From IMG/VR virus record IMGVR_UViG_3300042342_001499: a DNA stretch of 64,000 nt. The stretch is one strand, 5' to 3'. Positions 10,656-19,813 of the stretch are shown one piece after another. The stretch's first letter is position 1. The number at the start of each line of letters is the position of its first letter. A program made the position numbers and the translations under genes. The DNA comes from an uncultured virus (IMG/VR IMGVR_UViG_3300042342_001499). Its lineage: Duplodnaviria > Heunggongvirae > Uroviricota > Caudoviricetes. The notes under the pieces were generated by a model, which did not search any database, had not been told where the DNA came from, and was given only the letters and a program-made list of their open reading frames with translations.

Positions 10656-11296
10656 TGTTTGTATATTTTAAATTTGGACAAATCAGGGTATGGTAATTCC
10701 AAATCAACATTATGTTTTTTAGAGCCATCTAAATTATAAAATTGACTCATCATTAATAATCCTCTCGCAGCTAACTCTGGCATCATATAAAAATTCCACC
10801 CCAGCATATCAAAATTATCATCATGATATGAGCACTCTCTCCTTCCACTAAACCTTGCTCTTTTAAACCATAGCATAGCTTGGTAATCGTCAGTTAAAAT
10901 TGCGCCTCCCTTACTTAATTTTAATGTCTTATAAGGACCAGTAAATGAAAGACACATATGCGATCCCGGAATATACATATCAGCATCAAATCTTAATGCT
11001 GAATCCCAAACATTACTTGGCGATAGCTGATATGCACCTTTAATCTTATCTCCCTTAACAGGAGTAAAATTAACCTTAAGACCTGCATGAATAATCTCAC
11101 ACGGAACTGAGGGGTATGTTTTAGATGGGCAATCTACTTTTCCTGATGATAAACTTTTCTTTATGTTTTTTTCGTAATACAAAGCTAAAAATAAAGCATT
11201 ACTCATGTTGTCCAATGCAATTGCATGAGGTGATCCCGTGTAATCACACAGGGATCTTTCAAAATCTTCAGTAATTTTATGTACTCCTTGTGCCAT
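10652..11296 (-). CDS. Second short DegT-family aminotransferase
   Basis: Paralog of 8365-8991: PSKTYPSVP, WDSA, SFTGPYK..KGGAILT, GWNFYM. Confidence 0.8.
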   Translation of the reverse strand: MAQGVHKITEDFERSLCDYTGSPHAIALDNMSNALFLALYYEKNIKKSLSSGKVDCPSKTYPSVPCEIIHAGLKVNFTPVKGDKIKGAYQLSPSNVWDSALRFDADMYIPGSHMCLSFTGPYKTLKLSKGGAILTDDYQAMLWFKRARFSGRRECSYHDDNFDMLGWNFYMMPELAARGLLMMSQFYNLDGSKKHNVDLELPYPDLSKFKIYKQ

Positions 11297-11297
11297 A

Positions 11298-12311
11298 TTA
11301 ATAAAATTCTATTTCGTTTGCTATGTTTTTAAAATAATCTTCGTATAAGAATACATCATCCTTATCATAAACCATCATTTTTTCAATATTACTATCAACT
11401 ATATGATAGCACCACTCTCCATAAGACAAAAACTCGTGATTCAATTCTATCTGATTTCCATCAGTAAAGACTACAATAATCTTTCTAAAATCTGGTGCTG
11501 GTTTTTTATTAACACTATAAATAGCTACAGTAGGTCTATCCCTAATTAAATAAAAACGTGTGTAACAATCTTTAAATTTTTCATCATAATAAACCTTAGT
11601 GTGTTTTGTGTTTAAATGTGTATCTGAAAATACTTCCCTCAATTCTTCATAGATGTATAATTCGTCAGTATTTGATTTTATTAAATTTTTATACATAAAT
11701 TCTTCCATCGTCACAAAATTACGATTACCATTTTCCCGATTCAAATATTCGATATAGTCCTGCTCGTTACTAATATTCCAAAAATTATTTAAGAAAAAAT
11801 CAATTTCACAAAAGAAATAATGTGCTTCAACTCCACCTTCGCCATCTTTCCCTGTAAAAAAAACACCCTTTTTACTATTTAATTCACAAGAATTATTCAT
11901 CTCTTTAATTCTATTTTTAGTCTCATTACCTAATAGAGCATCATATTCCATCTTATAAAAATGAGTATATCCCAGATCTTTTGCAATTTTTACACCATTA
12001 AATATATTAATTAAAACTGAAAGACCGTGAGGCTGCGAGTGTATAAAAATGTTTGATACTTTAAATGATTCATTAATGGTATAATAACTAACTAATTTGC
12101 TATTATCGAATTCGTATTCACCAGTAAAAAGCTGATTTCTTTTATCATAAAAAAGAAAATCTACTTTATCTTGGGTTTCCTTGGAAATCTTAGTATTGGT
12201 CATTAATAACACATCATCTCCAAAGCTTTTTGACGAATCAAGAAAGTTATTTAAAATTTTTTCATCCACCTCGTCAGTGATAAAAGCATCAAGTATTAAG
12301 ATCGACTTCAT
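11298..12311 (-). CDS. Hypothetical protein, possible GT-A-like enzyme; first gene of the sugar cluster
   Basis: 337-aa ORF; GYTHFYKMEYD resembles a DXD-type motif. Confidence 0.45.
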   Translation of the reverse strand: MKSILILDAFITDEVDEKILNNFLDSSKSFGDDVLLMTNTKISKETQDKVDFLFYDKRNQLFTGEYEFDNSKLVSYYTINESFKVSNIFIHSQPHGLSVLINIFNGVKIAKDLGYTHFYKMEYDALLGNETKNRIKEMNNSCELNSKKGVFFTGKDGEGGVEAHYFFCEIDFFLNNFWNISNEQDYIEYLNRENGNRNFVTMEEFMYKNLIKSNTDELYIYEELREVFSDTHLNTKHTKVYYDEKFKDCYTRFYLIRDRPTVAIYSVNKKPAPDFRKIIVVFTDGNQIELNHEFLSYGEWCYHIVDSNIEKMMVYDKDDVFLYEDYFKNIANEIEFY

Positions 12312-12374
12312 TTTTTAGTTTAATAATATTAATTTATACACCAAATGTGATCTTAAGTTTCTACCACTACGCAC

Positions 12375-12411
12375 AAAAAACCCCAGAATTTTAAAGTTCT
12401 GGGGTTTTTTT
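12375..12411. terminator. Intrinsic terminator (bidirectional shape)
   Basis: A6-CCCCAGAA-loop-TTCTGGGG-T7. Confidence 0.85.
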
Positions 12412-12415
12412 AAAT

Positions 12416-13978
12416 TTATCCTAAAAGACCCTTGATCTTATCCTTATTTTCTATTAGCTTTTTAATTAATCCTTGAAGTTCTCCTGTAAGTATCTTACCT
12501 CCATCAACTTTAACTTCTTTTCCTGATAGGCTCTTAATCATGTTAGCAACTTTAACTATAGCTTTCTCTGTATTTTTACCGTATGCTCCGTCTGTTGTTA
12601 ATTTTATTCCTATTCCTAAATTGTTATAATCTTCCTGGAATTTTTTAATGACTGGTGCATTAGCTCCATCTTTTTTAAGATTTCCCTTTTCGACGTTACC
12701 ACTCTTAATATCTTTGTCCGCCTCTTTTTTTTCATCACCCGCTTCTACTTTTCCAGTAAGCTCTTTTTTGTCTTTAGTAAATTCTTTTCCATCTTTATCT
12801 TTAAAGAACACCTTATCGCCCTCAATTTTAATTATTTCGCTTTGAGCTTCCTCTCCGTTTTCTCTTTTATATTTAACTATATCACCCGCTTTATATTCTA
12901 TAGCTTTTTCCGACTCACTTGCTTTAGCATCAGCAATTGCTTTATCATCTATCTCTTTAGCTTTGTCTGACATTGAATTTATACTTGTGATAATAGTAGA
13001 CATAGTATCTGCTATCTTCTTATCAACACCAATTTTAGTTAATTCTGATTTTTGTAGATCGTTAGTTTTTTGTATTATTTCATCAATTTCTGAATTCATT
13101 GATTCAAGTTTGTCTTTTCTTTCTTTCCTTTTCATCTTCTCCCAAGCTCCCTTATCTGAGAGTAACTTTTGGTATTCATCAAATTTACTGATAACCTCAG
13201 AAGCTTTACCTTTTAAGGTCTCACTGCTAGGATTTTTTTGCTGAGAGATCATTTCAGAGTAAATAGATTTCATTTTATCAGAAAGAGCATCTCTTTCGTC
13301 ATCAAATGTATTTTTCTCGTAAAGTGAAGGGTAATGATAATTGTCAAATCCTAATAGATTTTTATAAGGAGAGACATTACGATTTTCTTTTAATGGCTGG
13401 TTTTTAAGAATATCTTGGTAGCTTATGATCTTACTAGTAACCATCTTATTGATTACGTCATTATATTTCTTAGCTTCTTCTGTTGAAGCAACATCATTAT
13501 AAAGATCTTTAATAGATGAAGCTGCTTTATTAGCTTCTTCTTTTACAGCTGCATATTTAGGATCTACTTTATCGGAAACCTTTTTAATTACAGCTTCCAT
13601 TGTATTTGCTCTTTTAGTAGGATCTTTTTCCTCCGATACCGATAATAAATCCGCAAGTACATCTGGGTAATTAGGTGCCTTAGTTGCTGCAAACATATAG
13701 CACTTAAAAAATAGAGATATTACTTCGCTTATAGTTTTTACTGCTCCTGATGTTTCACCTGCTGCTCCAGTTCCCCCAGTTCCTCCAGTTCCTCCGGTTC
13801 CTCCAGTTCCTCCTGTAGATCCAGATGCTCCTTTATTAGATCCAAAAAGCTCCTCCGCTTTCTTTGCTGCAAGTTTTTCTGTTTCTGTGCCACCTCCACC
13901 AGTTGCACCAGTTCCTGCTGCTTCTTGTTCAAATATTTGGGTATAGCTGCTAAAATTTAATATGTTACGATATTCCAT
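12416..13978 (-). CDS. Putative virion protein with GGT repeats, coiled coil and C-terminal peptidoglycan-binding-like domain
   Basis: IFEQ N-terminal motif, (GGT)n linker, FQ..YNNLG..TDGAYGKNTEKAI resembling PG_binding_1. Confidence 0.55.
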   Translation of the reverse strand: MEYRNILNFSSYTQIFEQEAAGTGATGGGGTETEKLAAKKAEELFGSNKGASGSTGGTGGTGGTGGTGGTGAAGETSGAVKTISEVISLFFKCYMFAATKAPNYPDVLADLLSVSEEKDPTKRANTMEAVIKKVSDKVDPKYAAVKEEANKAASSIKDLYNDVASTEEAKKYNDVINKMVTSKIISYQDILKNQPLKENRNVSPYKNLLGFDNYHYPSLYEKNTFDDERDALSDKMKSIYSEMISQQKNPSSETLKGKASEVISKFDEYQKLLSDKGAWEKMKRKERKDKLESMNSEIDEIIQKTNDLQKSELTKIGVDKKIADTMSTIITSINSMSDKAKEIDDKAIADAKASESEKAIEYKAGDIVKYKRENGEEAQSEIIKIEGDKVFFKDKDGKEFTKDKKELTGKVEAGDEKKEADKDIKSGNVEKGNLKKDGANAPVIKKFQEDYNNLGIGIKLTTDGAYGKNTEKAIVKVANMIKSLSGKEVKVDGGKILTGELQGLIKKLIENKDKIKGLLG

Positions 13979-13998
13979 TTATTTATTTTTTTATATAT

Positions 13999-14709
13999 TT
14001 ATTTTTTGGGATTTATATCATAGACTCCTAAGGGAAGATTGGTAATACTTTGATCTTGTTTAAATTTCCATACAGCTTTTTTAAAATCCTCAACATATTG
14101 TTCGGGCATTTGTACACAAACTCTTTTTATCTTAATATTAATTATATCATCATCTATTACATTCTTTTTAATCAGATCTGCCTTAAATAATTCCGGTCTA
14201 TAAACATTAGTATTATCACCTTGTACACCCGTAATAGGAACGTTTATACTGCCAGTGCCTGATATAGAAACAGTAACAAATTGTTCAGCTTCAGCTTCTG
14301 GAGAATTTTTAATAGTGGCTTTACCTACAGTGGCTTTACCTTTAATAAATTGAATTCTTTTTTTGTCAACAAAAGGGTAATTATTTAGATCCTCTATAGT
14401 TTTGTCTCTTCTTCTTTCTGCTAATCCTTGATTATCAAATCCTTTAGCTCCTACTGCAGAAGCACCGCTATCAACAACAACTTTAACTGTGCCATTGGTA
14501 TTCAGTAGAAGATCATTAATTAATTGAACTATTTCAGTAAACTTCTTAGATGCTTGATCTAAAGAGTCTACACCAATTTTAAAATTCCCTGATCCTGTTG
14601 CTTTTACTTCCTTAGGAATATCTACACCATTAGGGTATTTTGCTTTCATACGGTCAATACTACTTGTATCCTGTCCAGTAATAGATTCGAATGTTTTTAG
14701 ATATTTCAT
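13999..14709 (-). CDS. Putative internal virion protein with OmpA-C-like domain
   Basis: MKYLKTFES N-terminus; F..G..SL, ASAVG, NQGLAERR resemble the OmpA-like PG-association motif. Confidence 0.45.
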   Translation of the reverse strand: MKYLKTFESITGQDTSSIDRMKAKYPNGVDIPKEVKATGSGNFKIGVDSLDQASKKFTEIVQLINDLLLNTNGTVKVVVDSGASAVGAKGFDNQGLAERRRDKTIEDLNNYPFVDKKRIQFIKGKATVGKATIKNSPEAEAEQFVTVSISGTGSINVPITGVQGDNTNVYRPELFKADLIKKNVIDDDIINIKIKRVCVQMPEQYVEDFKKAVWKFKQDQSITNLPLGVYDINPKK

Positions 14710-14729
14710 GTTCTATATATTAATATAGA

Positions 14730-15089
14730 CTATATATCCTTTTTTTTATTATTCCTCCTTAGATTTTCTGATCTTGATATTGCTTCTAAATTATTTGGAT
14801 CATCATTATATCGATCTCCATCTATATGTACAATAACGTGACCTTCTGGAATAGCCCCAAATGTTTCCTCGTAAGCAACTCTGGGTCTCCTAGCTCTTTT
14901 TCCTGTACCGTTCCAAAGATAAGCGCAGTCTTTTTTCATTACCTGAACACCTCCACTCCAACATGTATGATTTTCCCCCGTATGGTGATCTCCTTTAGTG
15001 AATACAGTATCGGATTTTCCGTTAACTCCTTTCTTTCCTTTATTCCACGGAATTAATCCTTTAGAGAATTGGCCTTTACTATTTCTCAA
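14730..15089 (-). CDS. HNH endonuclease
   Basis: GQFSKG..PWNKG repeat, VHIDGDRYNDDPNNLEAISRSEN; TTG start. Confidence 0.85.
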   Translation of the reverse strand: MRNSKGQFSKGLIPWNKGKKGVNGKSDTVFTKGDHHTGENHTCWSGGVQVMKKDCAYLWNGTGKRARRPRVAYEETFGAIPEGHVIVHIDGDRYNDDPNNLEAISRSENLRRNNKKKDI

Positions 15090-15091
15090 TA

Positions 15092-15700
15092 TTATTTGAT
15101 TTTTTTATAAATCCAGCATCCATCATTTATACCTGCAAATTTAGGTATACTCAAATAGTCACATTCTTCAAAATCCCGATAAAGAGCTTCAAAAAAATTA
15201 TCGTCACCTGTACATCCGCCATCACTTTCTCCTATATAGATTAAATATGTTCCCACTTTCATGTTTGATACAACTTCATGAGCCATTGGATTATCATAAG
15301 GAGGCCAAGCCATAAAAACATTACGATCTTCATATTTTTTGACCGCTTCGCTAGCATTTAATTTCTCGATCTTACAATGGAATTTACCATCTCTACACCA
15401 TCCATTTTTTTTATTTGGCTGTATATCAGTTGGTATGATATCAGCTCCCTGTACTATTGCTATGCTTTCTGTGTAGCCAAAACCACAGCCAACGGAAACT
15501 ATCGGACCATACTCTAATAATTTAGTGATCAATTCCTGTGTTGGTACGTGCCATGATGTTCCTACCCTGAATTTCTCTCTCCTTCCGTAGATATCCCCGA
15601 TATTATCAAGTTCTCTCATTTTTTTCATCATACTTAAAAAATCCATATTTGGAGATACTATCTCTTTTATATCTTCTGGTGCAAATACTATATTATCCAT
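15092..15700 (-). CDS. Putative SAM-dependent methyltransferase-fold protein
   Basis: SVGCGFGY, FMAWPPY, LIYIGE..GGCTG. Confidence 0.55.
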   Translation of the reverse strand: MDNIVFAPEDIKEIVSPNMDFLSMMKKMRELDNIGDIYGRREKFRVGTSWHVPTQELITKLLEYGPIVSVGCGFGYTESIAIVQGADIIPTDIQPNKKNGWCRDGKFHCKIEKLNASEAVKKYEDRNVFMAWPPYDNPMAHEVVSNMKVGTYLIYIGESDGGCTGDDNFFEALYRDFEECDYLSIPKFAGINDGCWIYKKIK

Positions 15701-15706
15701 AATTTT

Positions 15707-15913
15707 TTAATTAGATTTTAGTGAACCAATACAGACATTATTATCTGTTATATCCTCTTTATAACCCCATATATCAGAAGTTATCATATGACAAGCATGT
15801 TTTTTGTTTTGAATCTTTCCTATTCCTTCGATAGTTTTAACGTACCCTGGCCAAGATTTACTGTGTGAATCATCCTTAGTCCATGGACATTCTTTGCATG
15901 GCTTTCTATCCAT
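15707..15913 (-). CDS. Small Cys/His metal-binding protein
   Basis: PCKECPW...HACH...CIGS. Confidence 0.55.
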   Translation of the reverse strand: MDRKPCKECPWTKDDSHSKSWPGYVKTIEGIGKIQNKKHACHMITSDIWGYKEDITDNNVCIGSLKSN

Positions 15914-16205
15914 TTGCTTTACAGGTTAGGCATCCATTTTCTATTAATGGGTTACTTCTTTCTCCTGGACTTCCTTTATACTTAATCCAAGGGCCAGAAG
16001 GATCTCCTTCGCCGTTCCATTTATTCAGTGCCTCAAGAGCTTCTGATTCTGTCGGATAACAATATCTTCCTAGATACCCAATTTCCGTCATTCCTATTAT
16101 TAATCCAGTAGTGAAAATAAAATCTTTCAGTCCGCAAATACCTTTTCCTGGTATCTCTTTGATTTCTGAATATCCTTCTGTCTCTAGGTATGCTTTTAAA
16201 TCCAT
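15906..16205 (-). CDS. Hypothetical phage protein
   Basis: Start moved to MDLKAY, just downstream of the early promoter at about 16224-16260. Confidence 0.6.
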   Translation of the reverse strand: MDLKAYLETEGYSEIKEIPGKGICGLKDFIFTTGLIIGMTEIGYLGRYCYPTESEALEALNKWNGEGDPSGPWIKYKGSPGERSNPLIENGCLTCKANG

Positions 16206-16278
16206 ATTGTTATTTTTATAAAACAAATATAGAAACATCTATTAAAACAAAAAAATGATTCCTGCTATATTAATAGAT

Positions 16279-16488
16279 TTATTTCAAGTAAAATTCTAAA
16301 TGCTCCCAAACACTATTATATAAATCCTCGTGTGCATCTCCATCTTCGTCTCCTGAAATATCAACTATATTCTCGTCAAGCAAGTCGTCTACAATAATGC
16401 TTACCATATCTTCAAATTCTATATTTCTTGGATCCATCGAATCATATTTTTCTTCGATAGATGATTTTTGATTTTTTGTCAGTTCCAT
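16279..16488 (-). CDS. Small acidic hypothetical protein
   Basis: Tandem paralog of 16502-16723 (MxLT..K..I...YD; DEDG). Confidence 0.6.
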   Translation of the reverse strand: MELTKNQKSSIEEKYDSMDPRNIEFEDMVSIIVDDLLDENIVDISGDEDGDAHEDLYNSVWEHLEFYLK

Positions 16489-16501
16489 ATTATTTTATTA
16501 A

Positions 16502-16723
16502 TTAAATTTTTTGGTGCATTAATGATTCCAAATATATTCTTGATTCGGCAATTAATGCTTCCTCACACGATCCATCTTCATCTTCAGTTAAATTTATAAC
16601 ACCTTCCAATATTATATGATTCACTGACATTTCGAGTATATGCTCAAATGAAGGATCCCTTTCTTTTATATAAAAATCGTAATGATCCCTAATAACTTTT
16701 TTTTCCTCGTGTGTTAATTTCAT
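16502..16723 (-). CDS. Small acidic hypothetical protein
   Basis: Tandem paralog of 16279-16488. Confidence 0.6.
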   Translation of the reverse strand: MKLTHEEKKVIRDHYDFYIKERDPSFEHILEMSVNHIILEGVINLTEDEDGSCEEALIAESRIYLESLMHQKI

Positions 16724-16738
16724 TTTTTTATTAGTTTG

Positions 16739-16859
16739 TAGTCAGGACAGGATTCGAACCTCTACGATGATATGACACCATCTACGTTAGCAATTACACT
16801 TGCTCATCTTCGGGATGTGAACCCTTTTACGTTAGCGTCTACCATTCCGCCACCTGACT
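16739..16859 (-). ncRNA. tRNA-Leu-like RNA with expanded central insert (copy 1)
   Basis: Acceptor AGTCAGG/CCTGACT+A, D arm GCGGAATGGTAGACGC, T loop GGTTCGAATCC; 71 nt between D and T arms; no 7-nt anticodon loop. Confidence 0.75.
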
Positions 16860-16871
16860 ATAAAGATCTTT

Positions 16872-17213
16872 TTACAGATCTTTAAAAACACTAAACACTT
16901 CTGAAATAGGTGTTTCATTATTGAACACATGAAGTGTATCACCATTCATTGTTCTAGCTCTCATCTCAATACTAATAGTCTCGTGATTGTAATACATTGC
17001 GTATCTTCCACTTTCAGCATTGAACCAAAGGATATTTCCCATTCCCCCGTCTTTTACGGACTTAACCTCGATATCCCCTTCGGATTTCCAGATCACTGCT
17101 CCCATAAGAGCTAAAGAAATCTCTTGTACGCCCTTAGCGTGGTGATCGGCTCTACCTAGAACACCATTGAAGTAATCTTTCAGCAAATCTGCTGATTGCA
17201 TTTTAACAGCCAT
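16872..17213 (-). CDS. Homolog of Vibrio integron cassette protein Cass14 (VCH_CASS14 family)
   Basis: GVLGRADHHA..V.EI.LAL.GA.IW, N.LW, RYA..YNH...IEMR, recognised from memory of the family. Confidence 0.7.
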   Translation of the reverse strand: MAVKMQSADLLKDYFNGVLGRADHHAKGVQEISLALMGAVIWKSEGDIEVKSVKDGGMGNILWFNAESGRYAMYYNHETISIEMRARTMNGDTLHVFNNETPISEVFSVFKDL

Positions 17214-17292
17214 AATTATGATATTTGTTAATTAATAATAATGTAAATGTATAGATTTATCTATAAAGAAAAAAATGATTTCTTAAAAAAAA

Positions 17293-17862
17293 TCATTCCC
17301 ATATAAAATATGTAGATTTATCTTTCTGGTGCTCTACATATCCCGCAGGATTATATTGAGATTCATCGAAAGTACAGGAGTATTTGTGCCCAATATATCT
17401 TGTAGTAAGTCCAGGAAATGATCTAGATCCACCTTCTCTGTCTATTGAACCACCTGATATTAATTGATCCTCTCTGACATCAACACCAAGTTCTTCTGCT
17501 ATTCCGCGAATTAAAGAATTCAAAGGGTCTTCACCTATTTCCATTTTCTCCGACATTGAAGATTCTTTCACTCTAGTTCTTTCTCTTCCGTCTTTAAATA
17601 TTTGTTTTTCTTCTTTTAGTTTAAGACCTTTATAAAATATCTCGCACATTACAAATTCTATCTCTCTTACAAGAACACCATTTTTATCCACCAGCGAACA
17701 TTCATTGGATTCTATTTCTTTCGCTAAATGTTCTATAGTTTTTGCGTAACCTTTACCCCATTCATTAATAGAAATACCATAACTGATTAGATATGATTTT
17801 AAATCAGTATTACTACCAGATTCTAAATTTTCAAATTGTCTAGAAGAAAGAATGTATTTCAT
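17293..17862 (-). CDS. NUDIX-like hydrolase with virion-targeting-type N-terminus
   Basis: EKMEIGEDP...IRGIAEELG (variant Nudix box); ATATATA upstream. Confidence 0.55.
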   Translation of the reverse strand: MKYILSSRQFENLESGSNTDLKSYLISYGISINEWGKGYAKTIEHLAKEIESNECSLVDKNGVLVREIEFVMCEIFYKGLKLKEEKQIFKDGRERTRVKESSMSEKMEIGEDPLNSLIRGIAEELGVDVREDQLISGGSIDREGGSRSFPGLTTRYIGHKYSCTFDESQYNPAGYVEHQKDKSTYFIWE

Positions 17863-17898
17863 ATTCTATATATTATATAAGAACACAAAAAATATTTC

Positions 17899-18393
17899 TT
17901 ATTTAGAATAATTAGCCCTTGCTTTTTCCCATATTTTCCCAAGATGACTCTGTCCGATCCAAGAATCTTCTTCAATTAGAGCACCCCAAAATAAATTACT
18001 TCCTCTTTTACCACGAGAAGCCACATCCTCATATATTGGAAGATTATCCGTTTTTAATAGCTCTTTTAAAAGATCAGGATGCTGAGATATTTTTAATTCC
18101 ACACACATCTCCATGTTTTTTAAATCTTCTGAAGATAGAGGTGTAACTGCAATCTTACTAATGTCGCCAGACTCTTTAAGACGCTTCATTATACCCTTAG
18201 CTTTCAATTTAGCACCCATCGGGCTTTTCTCGTCCCGTATCTCTTTCTGTATCAAGGGATCGTTAAAACGAAGAGCTTGAAATAGAGCTTCGGTAGTTCG
18301 CCAAACTTCGCCGTTGTATGTTACTGGATGTGGTGACATATTACCTAACCAGCCATAAGGTAAAGCAACTTTAGTGAATGATATATACTTCAT
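17899..18393 (-). CDS. NADAR (YbiA-like) family protein
   Basis: GWLGNMSPHP, TTEALFQA, K.SQHPDL, FWG, G.SHLG. Start set at MKYISF behind an early promoter. Confidence 0.85.
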   Translation of the reverse strand: MKYISFTKVALPYGWLGNMSPHPVTYNGEVWRTTEALFQALRFNDPLIQKEIRDEKSPMGAKLKAKGIMKRLKESGDISKIAVTPLSSEDLKNMEMCVELKISQHPDLLKELLKTDNLPIYEDVASRGKRGSNLFWGALIEEDSWIGQSHLGKIWEKARANYSK

Positions 18394-18451
18394 ATTAACA
18401 GATTTTATATAGCAAATATAGAATATACTAATGAAATAAAAAAACGATTTA

Positions 18452-19813
18452 ATGATACATTTAAAATCATTTATAAATTTTATCAACGAGGGTGCTTGGT
18501 ACGAGGAAAATGGGAAAAATGTAAAAGTTTTTGTTTCTTTAAAAAATGATCCTAATAATCCGAACGAATTATTAAAAACCCCATATCTAAATGGAGACAA
18601 CTTTAATAAAGTTGGTATGGGAGGTATTAAAGTTTATTATGGATTACATCCCAAAACACCTTATTCAGGGGTAAGGGGAGCAAACGGAGATCCAGCATCT
18701 CAAAGAGCTAAGGGATACATCATGAATAATCTTAAAGATTCAAACCCTGATATTTTTTCAATGGCCACAGGAGAAACGTTAGAAGGATTTATTCAAGGAA
18801 CTGCAATTAAAAATTTATCATCGAAGAATATAAACTATATAGTTACTGTGGGATCATCACAGGGATTAGTAAAAACTATGAGAGATTCTTTATTAAATTT
18901 ATACCCGGAAGCAAATGTAATAGATTTAACTAAGATTGATTACTTTAATGCAGATGATGCAATAGATAAAGAAGCTTTAGAAAGAGCTATCCAAAGGGAA
19001 ATGGAAATACCCAGATTTGATTCTGATAAAAACCCTATAGATAGATTTTCTACCACTGCTTCTCTTGTAGAAGATTGGGCAAAAAGAATAGCAAAAAGTC
19101 TTAGAGAAAGAATAGAAGGTGGTGAAGAAAATCCCTCATTTAATATTAAATCAACAGGTATTAAAGGAAGTGTAAGATCCCTTCTTAGACCTAAATATAA
19201 TACAGCAAAAGAAGAATTCGTTGACGCGGTAGTAGATTGCGTATTTGGTAACGAAAACGGGGATACTGGAAAAATGCTCATAATAGATGATAACACCCAG
19301 CATTTTGTAGATTTTGCAAATATATCAAATAAAATAATCGAGATTCTTGCAGGAATAATAGATATCACTTCAAATAAAACACAAGAGGCTTTATTATCCA
19401 GTAATTTATTTGATAATATTATAGACAACTACAAAAAACGTAATGCAATAAGAAAAGCAGAAGCTGACATAGATAATATAATTCCAGATATTAATGACGA
19501 ATCTATTAAAAAAAGAATAGAAAACAATATAATAGGGTATGTTCTGTACACATTCAATAGTCAAATATCACACGAAACATATACATTAACAGCAAAACAA
19601 AGATTAGAAATAGGAGCTAGAGTTTTTGCTTTAATAAATCAAGTTAAAATGCAAATACCAAAATATAGATACATTGATGCTGCTCAACCTTTTGCTATTA
19701 AATCGATTGCTAAAGAAAAAGGGATAGGGTCAGAAGAACAAATAAAAGAGATGTACAAAGAATATTTAATTAAAAATAAAATTCTTAATAACCTCAACTG
19801 GACAAGAATATGA
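18452..19813 (+). CDS. Putative internal virion protein, possible PRTase-like fold
   Basis: MIHLKSFINFINE N-terminus; KMLIIDDN resembles a PRPP-binding loop. Confidence 0.45.
   Translation: MIHLKSFINFINEGAWYEENGKNVKVFVSLKNDPNNPNELLKTPYLNGDNFNKVGMGGIKVYYGLHPKTPYSGVRGANGDPASQRAKGYIMNNLKDSNPDIFSMATGETLEGFIQGTAIKNLSSKNINYIVTVGSSQGLVKTMRDSLLNLYPEANVIDLTKIDYFNADDAIDKEALERAIQREMEIPRFDSDKNPIDRFSTTASLVEDWAKRIAKSLRERIEGGEENPSFNIKSTGIKGSVRSLLRPKYNTAKEEFVDAVVDCVFGNENGDTGKMLIIDDNTQHFVDFANISNKIIEILAGIIDITSNKTQEALLSSNLFDNIIDNYKKRNAIRKAEADIDNIIPDINDESIKKRIENNIIGYVLYTFNSQISHETYTLTAKQRLEIGARVFALINQVKMQIPKYRYIDAAQPFAIKSIAKEKGIGSEEQIKEMYKEYLIKNKILNNLNWTRI

Noticed and set aside
1253..12311. Bacterial chromosome origin (rpoD plus LPS-like operon)
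   Set aside because: No housekeeping context, dense phage-type hypothetical genes, phage promoter motifs and virion-type proteins on both sides.
16739..16859. Ordinary tRNA or tRNA with a group I intron (also 44921-45050)
   Set aside because: There is no 7-nt anticodon loop, the inserts are far too short for self-splicing introns, and I could not identify a bulge-helix-bulge motif.
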